Assembly (NCBI RefSeq): GCF_963921235.1
Contig: NC_086097.1
Coordinates: 169,076,001-169,140,000 of the forward strand
Reading direction: 5' to 3'
Length of the DNA stretch: 64,000 nt
DNA from: Mobula hypostoma
Taxonomy: Eukaryota
Shown: positions 50,473 to 63,219 of the stretch, piece after piece
How positions within the stretch are numbered: the stretch's first letter is position 1
Layout of the letters: each line of letters starts with the position of its first letter
Position numbers and translations under genes: made by a program
Notes under the pieces: generated by a model
The model's database searches: none
What the model saw: the letters and a program-made list of their open reading frames with translations, nothing else
What the model was told of the DNA's origin: nothing

Positions 50473-52199
50473 AAAATAGGCAGAAAATGGCAGTTGGGAT
50501 ATAATGCAGACAAGTGCAAGGTACTGCACTTTGGAAGGACAAACCAGGGTAGGTGTTGCACAATGAATGGTAGGGCACTGAGGAGTGTGGTAAAACAAAG
50601 GGATCTGGGAATACAGGTACGTATTGAAAGATAGGGCCGTAGAGAAAGCTTTTGGCACATTGGCCTTCATAAGTCAATGTATTGAGTACAGGAGATGGGA
50701 TGCTATTTTGAAGTTGTATAAGACGTTGGTGAGGCCTAATTTGGAGTATTGTATATAGTTTTGGTCACCTACCTACAGGAAAGATGTAAACAAGGTTGAA
50801 AAAGTACAGAGAAAATTTACAAGGATATTGTTGGGTCTGGACGACCCGAGTTATAAGGAAAGATTGAATAGGTTAGGACTGTATTCCTTAGAATGTAGAA
50901 GATTGAGAGAAGATTTGATAGAGGTATACAAATTATGAGGAGTTTAGATAGGGTAAGTGTAAGCAGGCTTTTTTGTTATTGAGGTTGGCTGAGACTATAA
51001 CCAGAGCTCATGGGTTAAGGGTGAAAGGTGAAAAGTTTAAGGGGAACATGAAGGAAAATTTCTTCATTCAGAGGGTAGTGAGAGTTTCGATTGAGCTGCC
51101 AGCATAAGTGGTGCATGCATGCTCAATATCAAAGTTTAAGAGAAGTTTGATTAGGTACATGGAAGGCTATGGTCCCTATGTAGGTCAATGGAGTAGGCAG
51201 TTTAAATGGTTTTGTCATGGACTAGATGGCCAAAGGGCCTGTTCCTGTGCTGTACTTATTTATGACTCTGACTACTAACAAAATTTGCATTTATGCACCA
51301 CCATCATATTTATACCAACCAGTAATTAGGATAAGTTCTAGATTCCATATTGCAGCACTTGGTTGGTTTGTAACCTTATGAATCACAAAACATCAACCAC
51401 TCATTTAAAAAACTTAAGGGTTTGTGTTTTCCTGCTTTCACAGTGAATTCCAGCACTCAACACTATCTTGGTAAATTTTGTTTTAATTTGTCCAACTCTT
51501 CTACACTCTCCTGATCAATTACTTAAATTTATAAAATTCAAAAGTGCTAGAAATACTCAGCAAGTCAGACAGCAACTAAGGAGAGGGGAAAAAGTTGCCA
51601 CTTCAGATCAGCAACCTTTCACCAGTACTGGGAAGAATAGATGCATCCTCCCAATAACACATTGTTCCTATTCACACCTACTATAAGTGTCTTCATGGGA
51701 TCAGTGAACTACTGGCATCCCTTGCTGTGATCATGCAAAAGCCATCCCAAAGCCCGTACATAACCACATAGCTCTGTCTAGAGTAGCAAGTGTCAAGCTT
51801 CCTACTGTGTACTTCCCAAAATCTAATTCTGAAAAGCACAACAGGGCACATTGACAGTTGGTGCATGGACAACACTGAACTATCTGCCTCTATGTGATCC
51901 TTCTTCCTTTGTGCCAGTTATGCATATTGCATTAGCCAAATTGGAGCTGCCTACCTTGGAGCACTTTTCATCGACTCATCTGGGGAAAGCCCATCACAAT
52001 GGGACACTGCAAGCTATCTGATTTTTTGAAACAATGTCAAGACCATTTACATCAACTTTACTCCTCTTCCCTATCTACCCAGGGGCAGTTGAAGAGGTTC
52101 AGCCTTATCCAAAACCTAGATAATTAAGCACATAATCAATGAGGGCATGAATATCAGTAAAGTCCATACATGACTGTTTATTCTTGCCCATCAGAGCAT

Positions 52200-52472
52200 C
52201 TTGATCATCTATCTGGGACATGCCCTTTCTCATTACTACCATCAAGGAGGTGGTACAGGAGCCTGAAGTTCCACACTCAACAGTTCAGGAACAGCTTCTT
52301 CCCCCTGCCATCAGATTTCTGAGCAGTCCATGAAGACTACTTCATTATTTCCTCTTTTGCACTCTTTATTTAATTTTCTAATTGATAGATTCTTATGTCT
52401 TTGCTCTGTAATGCTACAGCAAAACAGATCTCATATCATATCATATGGCAGTGATAACAAATCCGATTCTGA
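52200..52472 (+). mobile_element. Rex1/Babar 3' end
   Basis: ctaccatcaaggaggtggtacaggagcc...aacagcttcttccc; gataacaaatccgattctga. Confidence 0.72.
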
Positions 52473-53409
52473 AAATTATATATAATTCTGAAATTGAGAA
52501 TTCTGCAAGTGTTTCATGACAGAGAAATGGTCACTGCCTATGAACATACAAGAGATATAACTACTTGCAACTTGATATTTGATAGGCTGCTTCATTTAGT
52601 TTACAGCGAGATACACTTAATTTGAAGGAGGTTTTACCAGGATTAAATACTTTCAACAAGGAACTTGTTTATAGTCTTGCAGCTAATTTGCACAATTTAA
52701 CAATTGACAACAACTCAAATACAGATGCTGGAGACGAATTGGCACTCATTTTGATTTTGCAATGCTTTTCAACTTTAGTTACATTCCTGCCTATTGTTAT
52801 TGCTATCTGCAGACCAACTGAAGTCAGTTGATAACATAATTATCACAGAAGCTGTAAATCTGAAATAAAAAACAGAAAAGATTTGAACAACACATATGTG
52901 GCTCAGAGATAGAGTGATGGTCAAGCGTTGTTTCGAGGACTGGAGGCCCGTGTTTAGTGAAGCGCCACACAAGTGGTTAGAAAAGATAAAAGGGTTATTT
53001 CAGATGAGGGGAATCAGCCCAAAATATCAACTGTTCACTTCCTCCCATAGATGCTGCTTGACTTAAGTTCCTCTAGCATTTTGTGTGTGTTGTTCTCGAC
53101 CCAAAATTTTGACTGTCCAATTCCCTCCATAGATTCTCCTGTCTTTTGCGTCTCCTTTGTTCCGTGATCAGCAGATTTAGTAACCATACTGCATATCACT
53201 TAATCCAAGTCACTTATATAAATTGAGTCCAGAGAAATTATGGAAAATAAAAAGGCATCTGAATTAAATGAGTATTTGCATTCATCTCTTCACTGCAGGA
53301 GATATGAGTATATCCTAGAAATGGCTCCAAATCAGGAACTGAAAAAGAGAAAAGAAATCTAAAAAGGTAAAAGTTCTGTACTCATACTCTATTTAAATAA
53401 TAATTTTTA

Positions 53410-53697
53410 GTTACTTATCTATTTTTTTGTTCGAAATCCAGCGCAGAATAGGCCCTTTGAGCTGCACCACCCAGCAACACACCAATTTAATGCTCGCTTA
53501 ATCATGGGATAATTTACAATGTCCAATTAACCTACTAACCAGTCATCTTTGGGCTGTGGGAGGAAATCAGAGCACCCGGAGGAAACCCAAGCACATACGG
53601 AAACTTGCTTACGGAGGACGCTGGAGTTGAAATCTGACCTCTGATGCCCTGAGCTGTAATAGTGTCACACTAACCAATGTGCTACTGTGGCAGCCCT
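53410..53697 (-). mobile_element. V-SINE (HE1-like), near full length
   Basis: tRNA-like head gggctgccacagtagcacattggttag; V-core. Confidence 0.8.
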
Positions 53698-55085
53698 TGA
53701 ACTGATGAAATTTACTTTTTCATTTTTCCTCACAAGTTAGATAAATTCCTATTTTACCACAACATACTTCACATGGCCACTCTTGCTCAATGACTTAAGT
53801 CTATTTGCCTTTGCAAATTCCACAAACCTTGCATATCCACTTTACTCACCCACCAAATTTGGAGGAATATGGGCCAAATGCAGACAATTGGAAATAGTTC
53901 AGGAAGATATAAAATCATGAAGGGTACAGACAGGAAAGACTGTGGGAAACTTTTCCCTTCTCAGAAGCAAATAAAATTAGAGGACACAGATTGGGGTAAG
54001 GGGTGACAGATTTTTCACCCAGAAAGAGGTAATGCACTGCTGGAGTGGTGGAAGCAGAATCACTGCTAGATGTCTAGATGGGGTCTTAAATTGCCTAAGG
54101 ATACAATGCCAGAAGAAGGAATTAACCCAGACAGATAGCCTATAATTGGCATAGATGCGATGGGCCAAATGCTCTGTTTCCGTGTCATATGACTGACTTC
54201 TCATAACTTTAAAGCCACTTCTCAGCAGATTAGTAACAGCTGTTTCTACTCCCAGATCAACATCTCCAGCACTGTTACACTAGCAACACACACAAAATGT
54301 TGAAGGAACTCAGCAGGTCATGCAGCATCTATGGCAGGATTTTTCATACTAACTCTGAGGGTCTCTTTGTGTTTACAATGCTACCAGCACTGAAACGTGT
54401 GAACTCGTCAATGATATGGAGATACCACACTCCTTGCTCCAGTTCATGTAGGTCTAAGGCTACTGTTTCATTGTATTCAGATGCTAGTGGCAGACCAATC
54501 GGAAGCTTGGGTTTAGGCTTTCCATATATTTGGCATGTCTCACAGCTGTCAACTATCTTCTCTAGAATGGAAAAATGGTCTGCATCTTTGTTTTCTGAAC
54601 TTCTGAGCAATTTCTGAAGTCTATCAGTCAAAGTGTGTCCAAACTGCTTCTGAAGCTTGAGCAACACTTTGCATTTCTCATCTGAAGTTTTGTTCTCTGT
54701 GACAATTAGTGCTTCATTCTCACATTGATTCTCAGTAATGCCTTTATCTAAAATGTTCACAGTAATGTCCAGAGCTGCTGAGCTCAAGAGACATCGGCTG
54801 TTGAAACATCATTGCTTGGTTATTCTCCGTATCCAGGTCTGTCCCTGCTTTCTTTGGGGAAGTTTTACTCAAGAGCTATGGGATGTTCACTGGTACCACC
54901 TCCATTTCAATGTAAGATTTCGTCTGCCCTATTTTTGTGGGAATTTTCACTCTTTTGGTAGAATGTACAATCTTTCTAGCTCCAAATTTGAATGTTTTGT
55001 AACTGGAAATATCTGCGTTCACCACTCTATGCACTTCATTCTAGTTTAGTTCACCTCCACAGTCTTCAAGTTATTTTTCTCCACA

Positions 55086-55116
<31 letters not shown>

Positions 55117-55133
55117 CACACGCGCGCGCGCGC
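55086..55133. repeat. (TG)n-(CG)n alternating purine-pyrimidine microsatellite
   Basis: gtgtgt...gcgcgcacacgcgcgcgcgcg. Confidence 0.95.
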
Positions 55134-55972
55134 TGTATCCTAGGAATTCCATCATCAAAATCTCTGCATTAGTAAGTGGTTCCTTTGCAAACAATGCTAT
55201 ATGGCACTCTTCTACATCTTCATTTTTGTTCTTCTCTTCAGTTAGTTTAAATTATTCGGTTCTGTGCAGATAGCTTTTTGCAGTGTTAAGTACTTTGACA
55301 AACCACACATTTCAATCTCCTGCCATACTTGTTTAGTGGATTTATACCAGGTAATTATAACCTTGTCTGGTCACTCTGAGACCTATGCTTGCTACTCTCT
55401 TGTTTCTGCACAGTGAAGTCTGCAGTTTCCTGACTCAAACTAATTCCAACTATTGTCTTAGTGGCTTTTTCTCCAAAACTCCTCTTCAGTGTCAATTTTA
55501 TAGATGCAAATGTACGTTCTGTACATACAGTTAACGCTAGCTGTCTGTCCTTTATGTCTAGACATGCAGTATCCAACAATTTAAGGCTCATACTGCGTCA
55601 TGAAGTTCCATTTTGTACTTATGCATGGAACTGTACTTTTGTTCAAAATCAGTAATACAATCAGTCACATTTGTAGAACTGTCTCTAGAAATTTTGTCGA
55701 AGTCTGGAGATGGCTCATAAATCTGATCCTTTTCTTCCTTCAGAAAAACGGAGTCAAGTGCATTTATTAATGTATTCATACCATCATCTTCCTTCAAGTC
55801 TTCCACTGAAGTTCCCATCCGAGTCTCTCTTGCTCTTCCCAAAAACAACAATACAACTGCAAAGGTCTGCTTTTTCTTCTTGAGTTCCATAACCCAAGTT
55901 CCTATTCCAATTTCATTTTTCCAGCTTTCATAAGGCGTGCTCTTGTCGAATGCTGGTGGGATCCTATAATTG

Positions 55973-55992
55973 GAAACCATCCTCTGCTACCA
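55973..55992 (-). promoter_or_regulatory. Primer-binding site for initiator tRNA-Met
   Basis: Plus strand gaaaccatcctctgctacca equals the 3' 20 nt (with CCA) of vertebrate tRNA-iMet. Confidence 0.9.
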
Positions 55993-56277
55993 CTGATAAT
56001 GTTCAAACAACAAAGACAAGATTTTCTTTCCTTTTAGCAGCTTTACTTTCTCCGTTTATGTTTAGTACACTAGGCTGCCATTTTCTTACCCTACATCCTC
56101 CCCGCCACCCTCATGCACTCGCCTAAAACAGGGAAAGTGAACATCCCAACTAAATGCTCACATAACTGAAAGGAACAAAACTCAACAGATAGAGCAGTAT
56201 TGAAAAATGCCATGTTTCTTGCCAAAAAATGTGACAATGCACAGAACAGTCGATAATAGAAACCATCAGTGTAATAG

Positions 56278-56555
56278 GTCTTCTGTTCTTTCCTGTCAGA
56301 TTCCCCCTTCTCCAGCCCATTATCTCTTTTACCACTTAACTTCCCAGCTCTTAACTTCACCCCTTCCCCCTCACCCAGTTTCACCGACCACCTACTATCT
56401 TGTACTTCTTTCTCCCCTCCCACCTGCTTAATCTGGCTTCTCCTCTTTCTTTCCACTCCTGATGAAGGGTCTCAGCCCAAAACATAGAATGCTTACTCTT
56501 TTCCGTAGATGCTGCCTGGCCTACTGAGTTCTTCCAGCATTTTGTCTGTGTTCCA
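56278..56555 (+). mobile_element. Penelope pLTR fragment with a decayed hammerhead
   Basis: cctgatgaagggtctcagcccaaaac...gatgctgcctggcctactgagttcttccagcatttt. Confidence 0.8.
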
Positions 56556-56887
56556 TTAGTGTAATAAATGCAAGAAATCAAAAATCAGAGATTTTTAACC
56601 TTCTTGCATTTTAGAAATTAAAAATGGAAAGGAGCTAAGGGGAGGTAGTCATCTCTACGTTGCAGGAACCAGGTAAACAGGTGACTGTCAGGAGAAGGAA
56701 GGGAAATGGGTAGTTCATACAGAGAACCCCTGTGGCTGTTCCCCTCAGTAAGTATACTGTTTTGGATACTGTTGAGGGGGACGATCTACCGGGGTAGCAC
56801 CACAGCAACCAGGTTTCTGGCACTGAGTCTGGTGCTGTGGCTCAGAAGAGAATAGAGGTGAAGAGGACTTCAATACTGATAGAAGAT

Positions 56888-59438
56888 CAGTACTGATCTT
56901 GAGGGTGGAGTTAAGATGGTGTCAGATGGCTGCCTCTTTTGCTCATCTGTGGAAACAGCTTAAATTCCTCTTTTTAATGTCTTTGTTTGCTTTTTTTAAA
57001 GGTGGCTGGGGTTCTATTGAGGTCCCTGATCTGCAACAGCATTCAAAACTGCGTTTTTTTTCTCCACAGCGGTAAGTTCCCTTTCTTGAAGCTCACTGAC
57101 CAACCATCTGTTTTTCAACATTCTTCAGGCACAGCATGGAAGACGGTGGGGTGCAGGTTGTGGCCCTATGCACAACTGATTCCAAGCCAATGCCAATGAC
57201 TTAATGGGTACTTTGTATCTGTCTTCAATGTGGAAGACACTAGCAGTGTGCCAGAGGTCCATGAGTGTCAGGGAGCAGGAGTCAGTGCCATTGCTTTTAC
57301 AAAGGAAAGAGCACTCGACAAACTCAAAGGTCTTAAGATGGATAAGTCACCTGGACCAGATGGACTACATCCCAGAGTCCTGACAGAGGCTGCGAAGAGA
57401 TAATGGATGCATTGTCATAATCTTTCAAGACACATTTGACTCTGGCATGGCTCCCGAGGACTGGAAGATTGTAAATGTCACTCTTCACTCTTTAAGAAGG
57501 GAGGAAGGCAAAAGAAAGGAAATTATAGGCCAGTTAGTCTAACCTCAGTGGTTGAGAAAGTGTTGGAGTCTATTATTAAGGATGAGATTTTGGGGTACTT
57601 GAAGACTATTGATAAAATAAGTTAAAGTCAGCATGGTTTATGTAAAGGGAAATCTTGTCTGACAAATCTGTTGGAGTTCTTCAAGGAAGTAACAAGCAGA
57701 GTGGACAAAGGAGAGGCAGTGGATGTCATTTACTTGGATTTTCAGAAAGCATCTGATAAGGTGCCATACATGAAGCTGCTTAACAAGATGAAATCCCATG
57801 GCGTTACAGGAAAGATATTGGCATGGATAGAGGAATGGCTGACAGGCAGGAGGCAGTGAGTGGGAATAAAAGGGGCCTTTTCTGGTTTGGCTGCCAGTGA
57901 CTAGTGGTGTTCCTCAGGTATCAGTTTTGGGACCGCTGCCTTTCACACTGTTCATCAATGATTTGCATAATGGAATTAATAGCTTTGTGACAAAGTTTGC
58001 AGATAATACAAAGATAGGTGGAGGAGTAGGTAGTGCTGGGGAAGCAATGTGGATGCAGCAGGACTTAGACAAATTGGAAGAATGGGCCAAAAAGTGGTAG
58101 ATGGAATACAGTGTTGGGAAATGTATGATAATGCGTTTTGGTAAAAGGAACAATAGTGTGGCCTATTATCTAAATGGGGAGATGGTTCACACATCAGAGT
58201 TGCAGAGGGACTTAGGAGTCCTCGTGCAAGACTCCCAGAAGGTTAATTTACAGATTGAGTCTGTGATAAAGAAGGCAAATGTAATGTTGGCATTTATTTC
58301 AAAGGGAATAGAATATAAAAACTAGATGATAATGCTGAGCCTTTACAAGACACTAGTCAGGCTGCACTTAGAGTATTGTCAACAGTTTTGGGCCCCATGT
58401 CTCAGAAAGGATATGTTGTCATTGGAGAGACAGAGGAAGTTCATGAAGATGATTCTGGGAAAGAAGGGGTTAACATGAGGAGCATTTGGCAGCTTTGGGC
58501 CTGCACTCACTGGAATTTAGAAGAATGCATGAGGACCTCATGGATGTGGAGAGGATGTTTCCTATGGTGGAAACATAGGAACCAGAACTAGAGGGCACAG
58601 CCTCAAAATTGAGGGGCAACCATTTAGAACAGAGGTAAGGAGGAATTTTTTTTAGATAGAAAGTGGTAAATCTGTGGAATGCTCTACCACAGACTCTGGT
58701 GGATATCTTTAAGGCAGAAGTTGATTGCTTGCTGATCAGTCAGGGCATGAAGAATATGGCGAGAAGGCAAATGTATGGGGTTAAGTGGGATCCGGGATCA
58801 GCCATGATGGAATGGTGGAGCAGACTCAATGGGCTGAATGGCCTAATTCTGCTCCTATGTCTTATTGTGTGAGGCCTCGCAAGAGAAGGAACATCAGGAT
58901 TTTACAGCAGTGGATACTGCAGACAAAGGTCTCTGTGGTCAAGCAACCACTTTTTCTCTCTCTTTCCCTTGATGGTGGGAAGAATTTGCTGCCAATTCTT
59001 GAATCAGAGAATCTTGGAATAAAAAGCGACACGGCAGACTATAAAATTATAACAATGACTGTTAGTCTCCCCTTTCACTGTGAAATGTGTGATATCTCTC
59101 TGTCCCTTGTTAGTGAAAAAGAGAGAGAGTCTGTGGCATGTCAAACTGTAGGGTAAACAATATTTTTTGTTGACTGCAGATAACGGTCTCTCTTTGGGGT
59201 GGGGTTTGATCTTGCTTGGTGGGTGGTGGGTGCTGACGCATTTTGCTGAAATGGGTGGGGGGGTTGATGCTTTGCTTCTGCTTGCGGGGGGGAGAGAGGG
59301 GGCTTTGGAGTTCTAATAGTTTTCTGTCATTCATTCTTTTGGAGTTCTTCTGTTTTTTGTGGATGTCTGCGAAAACTAAGTATTTCAGGTTGTACACTGT
59401 ATACATTCTCTGATTATAAACAGAACACTTGAACCATT
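56888..59438 (+). mobile_element. Apparently full-length 'family X' retroposon, split by a CR1
   Basis: Head gagggtggagttaagatgg; tail gaacacttgaaccattgaa; TSD GAAGAT at 56882-56887 and 59439-59444. Confidence 0.7.
57200..58867 (+). mobile_element. 5'-truncated CR1 nested in family X
   Basis: DFQKASDKVP, TSGVPQVSVLGP, FADNTKIG; tail ctatgtcttattgt. Confidence 0.87.
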
Positions 59439-62400
59439 GAAGATTCCATAGTTAGAGGAATAGATATGAGATTCTGTGTACCTAATAGAGATACCTAAGT
59501 GGTATGGTGCCTCCCAGGTGCCAGGGTCAGGAATGTCTCAGATTCCGGTCCATAGGATTCTAAAGGGGAATGGTGAGCAGCTGTAAGTCTTGGCACATAT
59601 TGTCACCAATGACATAGGTAGGAAAGGTGAGGAGGTCCTAAAGAGAAATTTTAGGGAGCAAGGTAGAAAGCTGAAAAGCAGGACCACCAGGGGAGTCAGC
59701 TCTGGACTGCTACCTGTGCCACACACCAGTAAGGGTAAGGATAGGAGCACTTGGCAGATAAATGTGTGGCTGAGGAACTGTTGCAGGGGGAAGGGGTTCA
59801 GATTTCTGGATCATTGGGATCTCTTCTATGGAACGTACGATCTGTACAAAAGGGACAGGTGATGTCTGAACCCAAGGGGGACCAATATCCTTGTGGGCAG
59901 GTTTTCTACAGCTGTTTGGGAGGATTTAAACTTTTTTTGCAGAGGGATGGGAACCGGAGTGATAGGGCTTAGGATGGGGCAGTTGATTTACAAACACAGG
60001 CAGTGTGTAGTGAGACTTCTAGCATGGACACGCTTATGATAGAACAATATTGCAGTCAACAGGATGAATTGCAATGTAAAAGGGGGACAAAAATCGAAAA
60101 GGGTGATGAATATAGGTGTTGTATTTGAATCCACACAGTATACAGAATAATGTAGATGAACTTGTAGCACAGTTGGCAGGTATGACATTGTGGGCATCAC
60201 TGAGTCGTGGCTGAACGAAGGTTATAGCTGGGAGCTTAATATCCAAAGATACACATTGTATCGAAAGAACAGGCAGGGAGGCAGAGAGGGTGAAGTGGCT
60301 CTGTTGGTAAAAGATGAAGTAAAATCCTTAGAAAGAGGTAATATAGGATCAGAAGGTATAGAATCTTTATGAATGGAGCTGAGAAACTGGAAGGGTAAAG
60401 ATTCTCTGATGGGAGTTATATATAGGGCTCCAAATAGCAGCAAAGATATGGGCTACAAGTTACAATAGGAAATAGAAAAGGCATGTCAAAAGGGCAATGT
60501 TATGATAATTATGGGGGATTTCTATATGCAGGTAGATTGGGAAAATCAGGTTGGTACTGGATCCCAAAAGGGGGAATTTGTAGAATGCTTACTAGATGGC
60601 ATTTTAGGGCAGCTCATGGTTGAGCCCAAAATGGGTGTTGTGCAATGAACCAAAATAGATTAGCGAGCTTAAGGTAAAGGAACCTTTAGGAGCCAGTGAT
60701 CATAATATGATAGAATTCACCCTGCAATTTGAGAGGGAGTATCTAAAGTGAGATGTATCAGTATTACAGCGGAGCAAAGGGAATTGCAGAGGCATGAGAG
60801 AGGAGTTGGCCAAAGCCGATTGGAAGTAAACACTAGACTAGCAGGGATGATAGCAGAGCAGCAATGGATGGAATTTCTGGGAACAATTTGGAAGGTGCAG
60901 GATAGATGCATCCCAAAGAAGTAGTAGTATTCTAACAACAGGATGATGCAAGTGTGGCTGACAAGAGAAGTCAAATACAACATAAAAGTCAAAGAGAGGT
61001 TATATAATGGAGCAAAAAAATTGGGAAATAAGAGGATTTGGAAGATTTTAAAAATCAACAGGAGGCAATTAAAAAGTTATAAAGAGGGAAAAGATGGAAC
61101 ATGAAGGTAAGCATGGTTCTGGAGGCCTGGAAAATTGCAAATGTCACTCCACTCTTCAAGAGGGGAGAGAGGCAGAAGAAAGGAAATTATAAGCCAGTTA
61201 GTCTGACCTCAGTAGCTGGGAAGATGTTGGAGTCAATTGTTAAGGATGTGGTTTCAGGATACTTGGAGGCACATGAAAAAATGGGCCGTAGTCAGCATGG
61301 TTTCCTCAAGGAAAAATCTTGCCTGACAAATCTGTTGGACCTCTTTGAAAAAAATAATAAAAAGGAGAATTGGTAGGTGCTGTATACTTGGATTTTCAGA
61401 AGGCCTTTGACAAGGTGCCACATATTAGGGTGGTTGACAAGTTAAGAGCCCATGGTATTACAGGAGAGATGCTAGCATGGGTAGAGCATTAGCTGATTGG
61501 TAGGAGGCAAAGAGTGGGAGCCTTTTCTGGTTGGCTGCTGGTGACTAGTAGTGTTCCACTGAAGTCTGTTTGGGACAGCTTTTTATGTCATATGTCAATT
61601 ATTAGGATGACGGAATTGATGGCTTTGTGGCCAAGTTTGAGGATGATATAGAGGGGCAGGTAGTGTTGCATAAGCAAGGAGGCTGCAGGAGGACTTAGAT
61701 TAGGAGAATGGGCAAAGAAGTGGCAGATGAAATACAGAGTCGGGAAGCGTAAACTGTTTTCTAAATGGGGAGAAAATTCAAAATCCATGGTGCAAAGGGA
61801 CTTGGGAGTCCTTGTGCAGGATTCCCTAAAGGTTAATTTGCAGTTTGAGTCAGTGGTGAGGAAGGCAAATGCAATGTTAGCTTTAATTTCAAGGGGACTA
61901 GAACATAAAAGTAAGAATGTAATGTTGAGGTTTTATAAGGCCTCAGTTGGAATATTGTGAGATGTTTTGGGCCCCTTATCTGAGAAAGGATGTGCTGACA
62001 CTGGAGAGAGTTCAGAGAAAGTACACAAGAATGATTCCGGGAATGAAAAGGATTGATGGCTCTCGGGCTAGACTCACTGGAAGGAAGAATTGGGGGGGGG
62101 GGGGGGGCGGGGTCTCACTGAAACCTGTCAAATGTTGAAAGGCCTCAATAGAGTGGAGAGGATGTTGCCTTTAGTGGGGTCTAGGACCAAATGGCACAGA
62201 CTCTGAAAAGAGGGATGTCCATTGAGAATGGAGATGAAGAGGAATTTGTTTAGCTAGAGAGTGTTGAATCTGCCACAGGTGGCTGTGGAAGCCAAGTCAT
62301 TGAGTATATTTAAGGTAAAGGTTGATAGATATTTGATTAGACAGGGCATGAAAGGTTATGGGGAGAAGGCAGAAAATTGGGACTAAGTGGAAAATAGATC

Positions 62401-63219
62401 AGCCATGATGAAATAATGGAGCAGATGCGATGGGCCAAGTGGCCTAATTCTGCTCCTATATCTTAATGTCTTATGGAAGTGAACCTAAATCCTAAGATGT
62501 GATTGTAGAGTGTGCTAAAAGCACAACAGGAAAACTCAACAAACAAAAATCAGCATGAACCACAAAACTAAAATCATAAGAGCAAATTGTGGCAGCATTG
62601 TACTGGTTAATTAATATAGTGAGAGTAGAAATACCCAACAAATAAATTTACAGAGCAGGTAACAACAAAATGATAAATTAATGGGGAAATAAGCACTATA
62701 AAATCATAAGTGAAAAGTAAACCATATCAATCATACAGTGAATCACAAAACACCAGACAATTAACAATAAATATATAATTGAATTAATACAGAAGCAAGT
62801 CTCTTGTGCAATAAATCAATGTAATTTCTACAAAAGTGAAATCGAAACATTAATGGGGAAGCAGGCACCCGGGAGTCAGTTAATCAATAAATCTAAACAA
62901 ATAGAGCTGTGAGCTCACAAAAAACTCAATAGATTAATAAAAATAATTGGCACTGGCAAATGAAGTGGAGCAGCTAACACACAAGGTCTAATTATTAGAA
63001 CTTTGTGCACCATGTAAACTAATGAAGCAGCAGCCACCTAAGATGAATATACACATGGGATCAGACACCAAGAATTGATAAAATCACTGGACAACAATTT
63101 CAAAGCTTGGATGATGGGGATCACTAGGCTGTGTGTGAGAAAAACAGATAGCTAAACATCAAGAAATGAGTATAGGAAAATACCTGTAAGGTTCTGCATT
63201 TTTATCACACATTTTCATG

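Larger units (their letters stand above)
45083..51275 (+). mobile_element. Near full-length decayed CR1 (5' UTR, ORF1 zinc finger/esterase, ORF2, 3' UTR) with two nested insertions
   Basis: ORF1 ~45510-46430 (MWE..EKCIQL, GDS, HVGTND); ORF2 ~46550-51215; tail tatgactctgact. Confidence 0.87.
54340..56277 (-). mobile_element. GalEa-type Ty1/Copia LTR retrotransposon relic (putative 5' LTR ~55994-56277, gag, protease, integrase N-half)
   Basis: Gag PPAFDKSTPYESWKNEI; zinc-knuckle remnant CVVCQST; LELSSSGHYC; integrase QFGH..CETC..VALDL..LHIIDEFTRFS directly after protease (Copia order). Confidence 0.82.
56630..62475 (+). mobile_element. Decayed CR1 sequence (ORF1 + ORF2 with an internal deletion near 61110), ORF1 split by family X
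   Basis: ORF1 halves join as atagaagat|tccatagttag; GITESWL, NYKPVSLTS, QHGFLK; 3' UTR ctgctcctatatctt. May be more than one element. Confidence 0.78.

Noticed and set aside
55973..55992. tRNA-Met gene
   Set aside because: Only the 3' 20 nt including CCA are present, between the LTR and gag, so it is a PBS.
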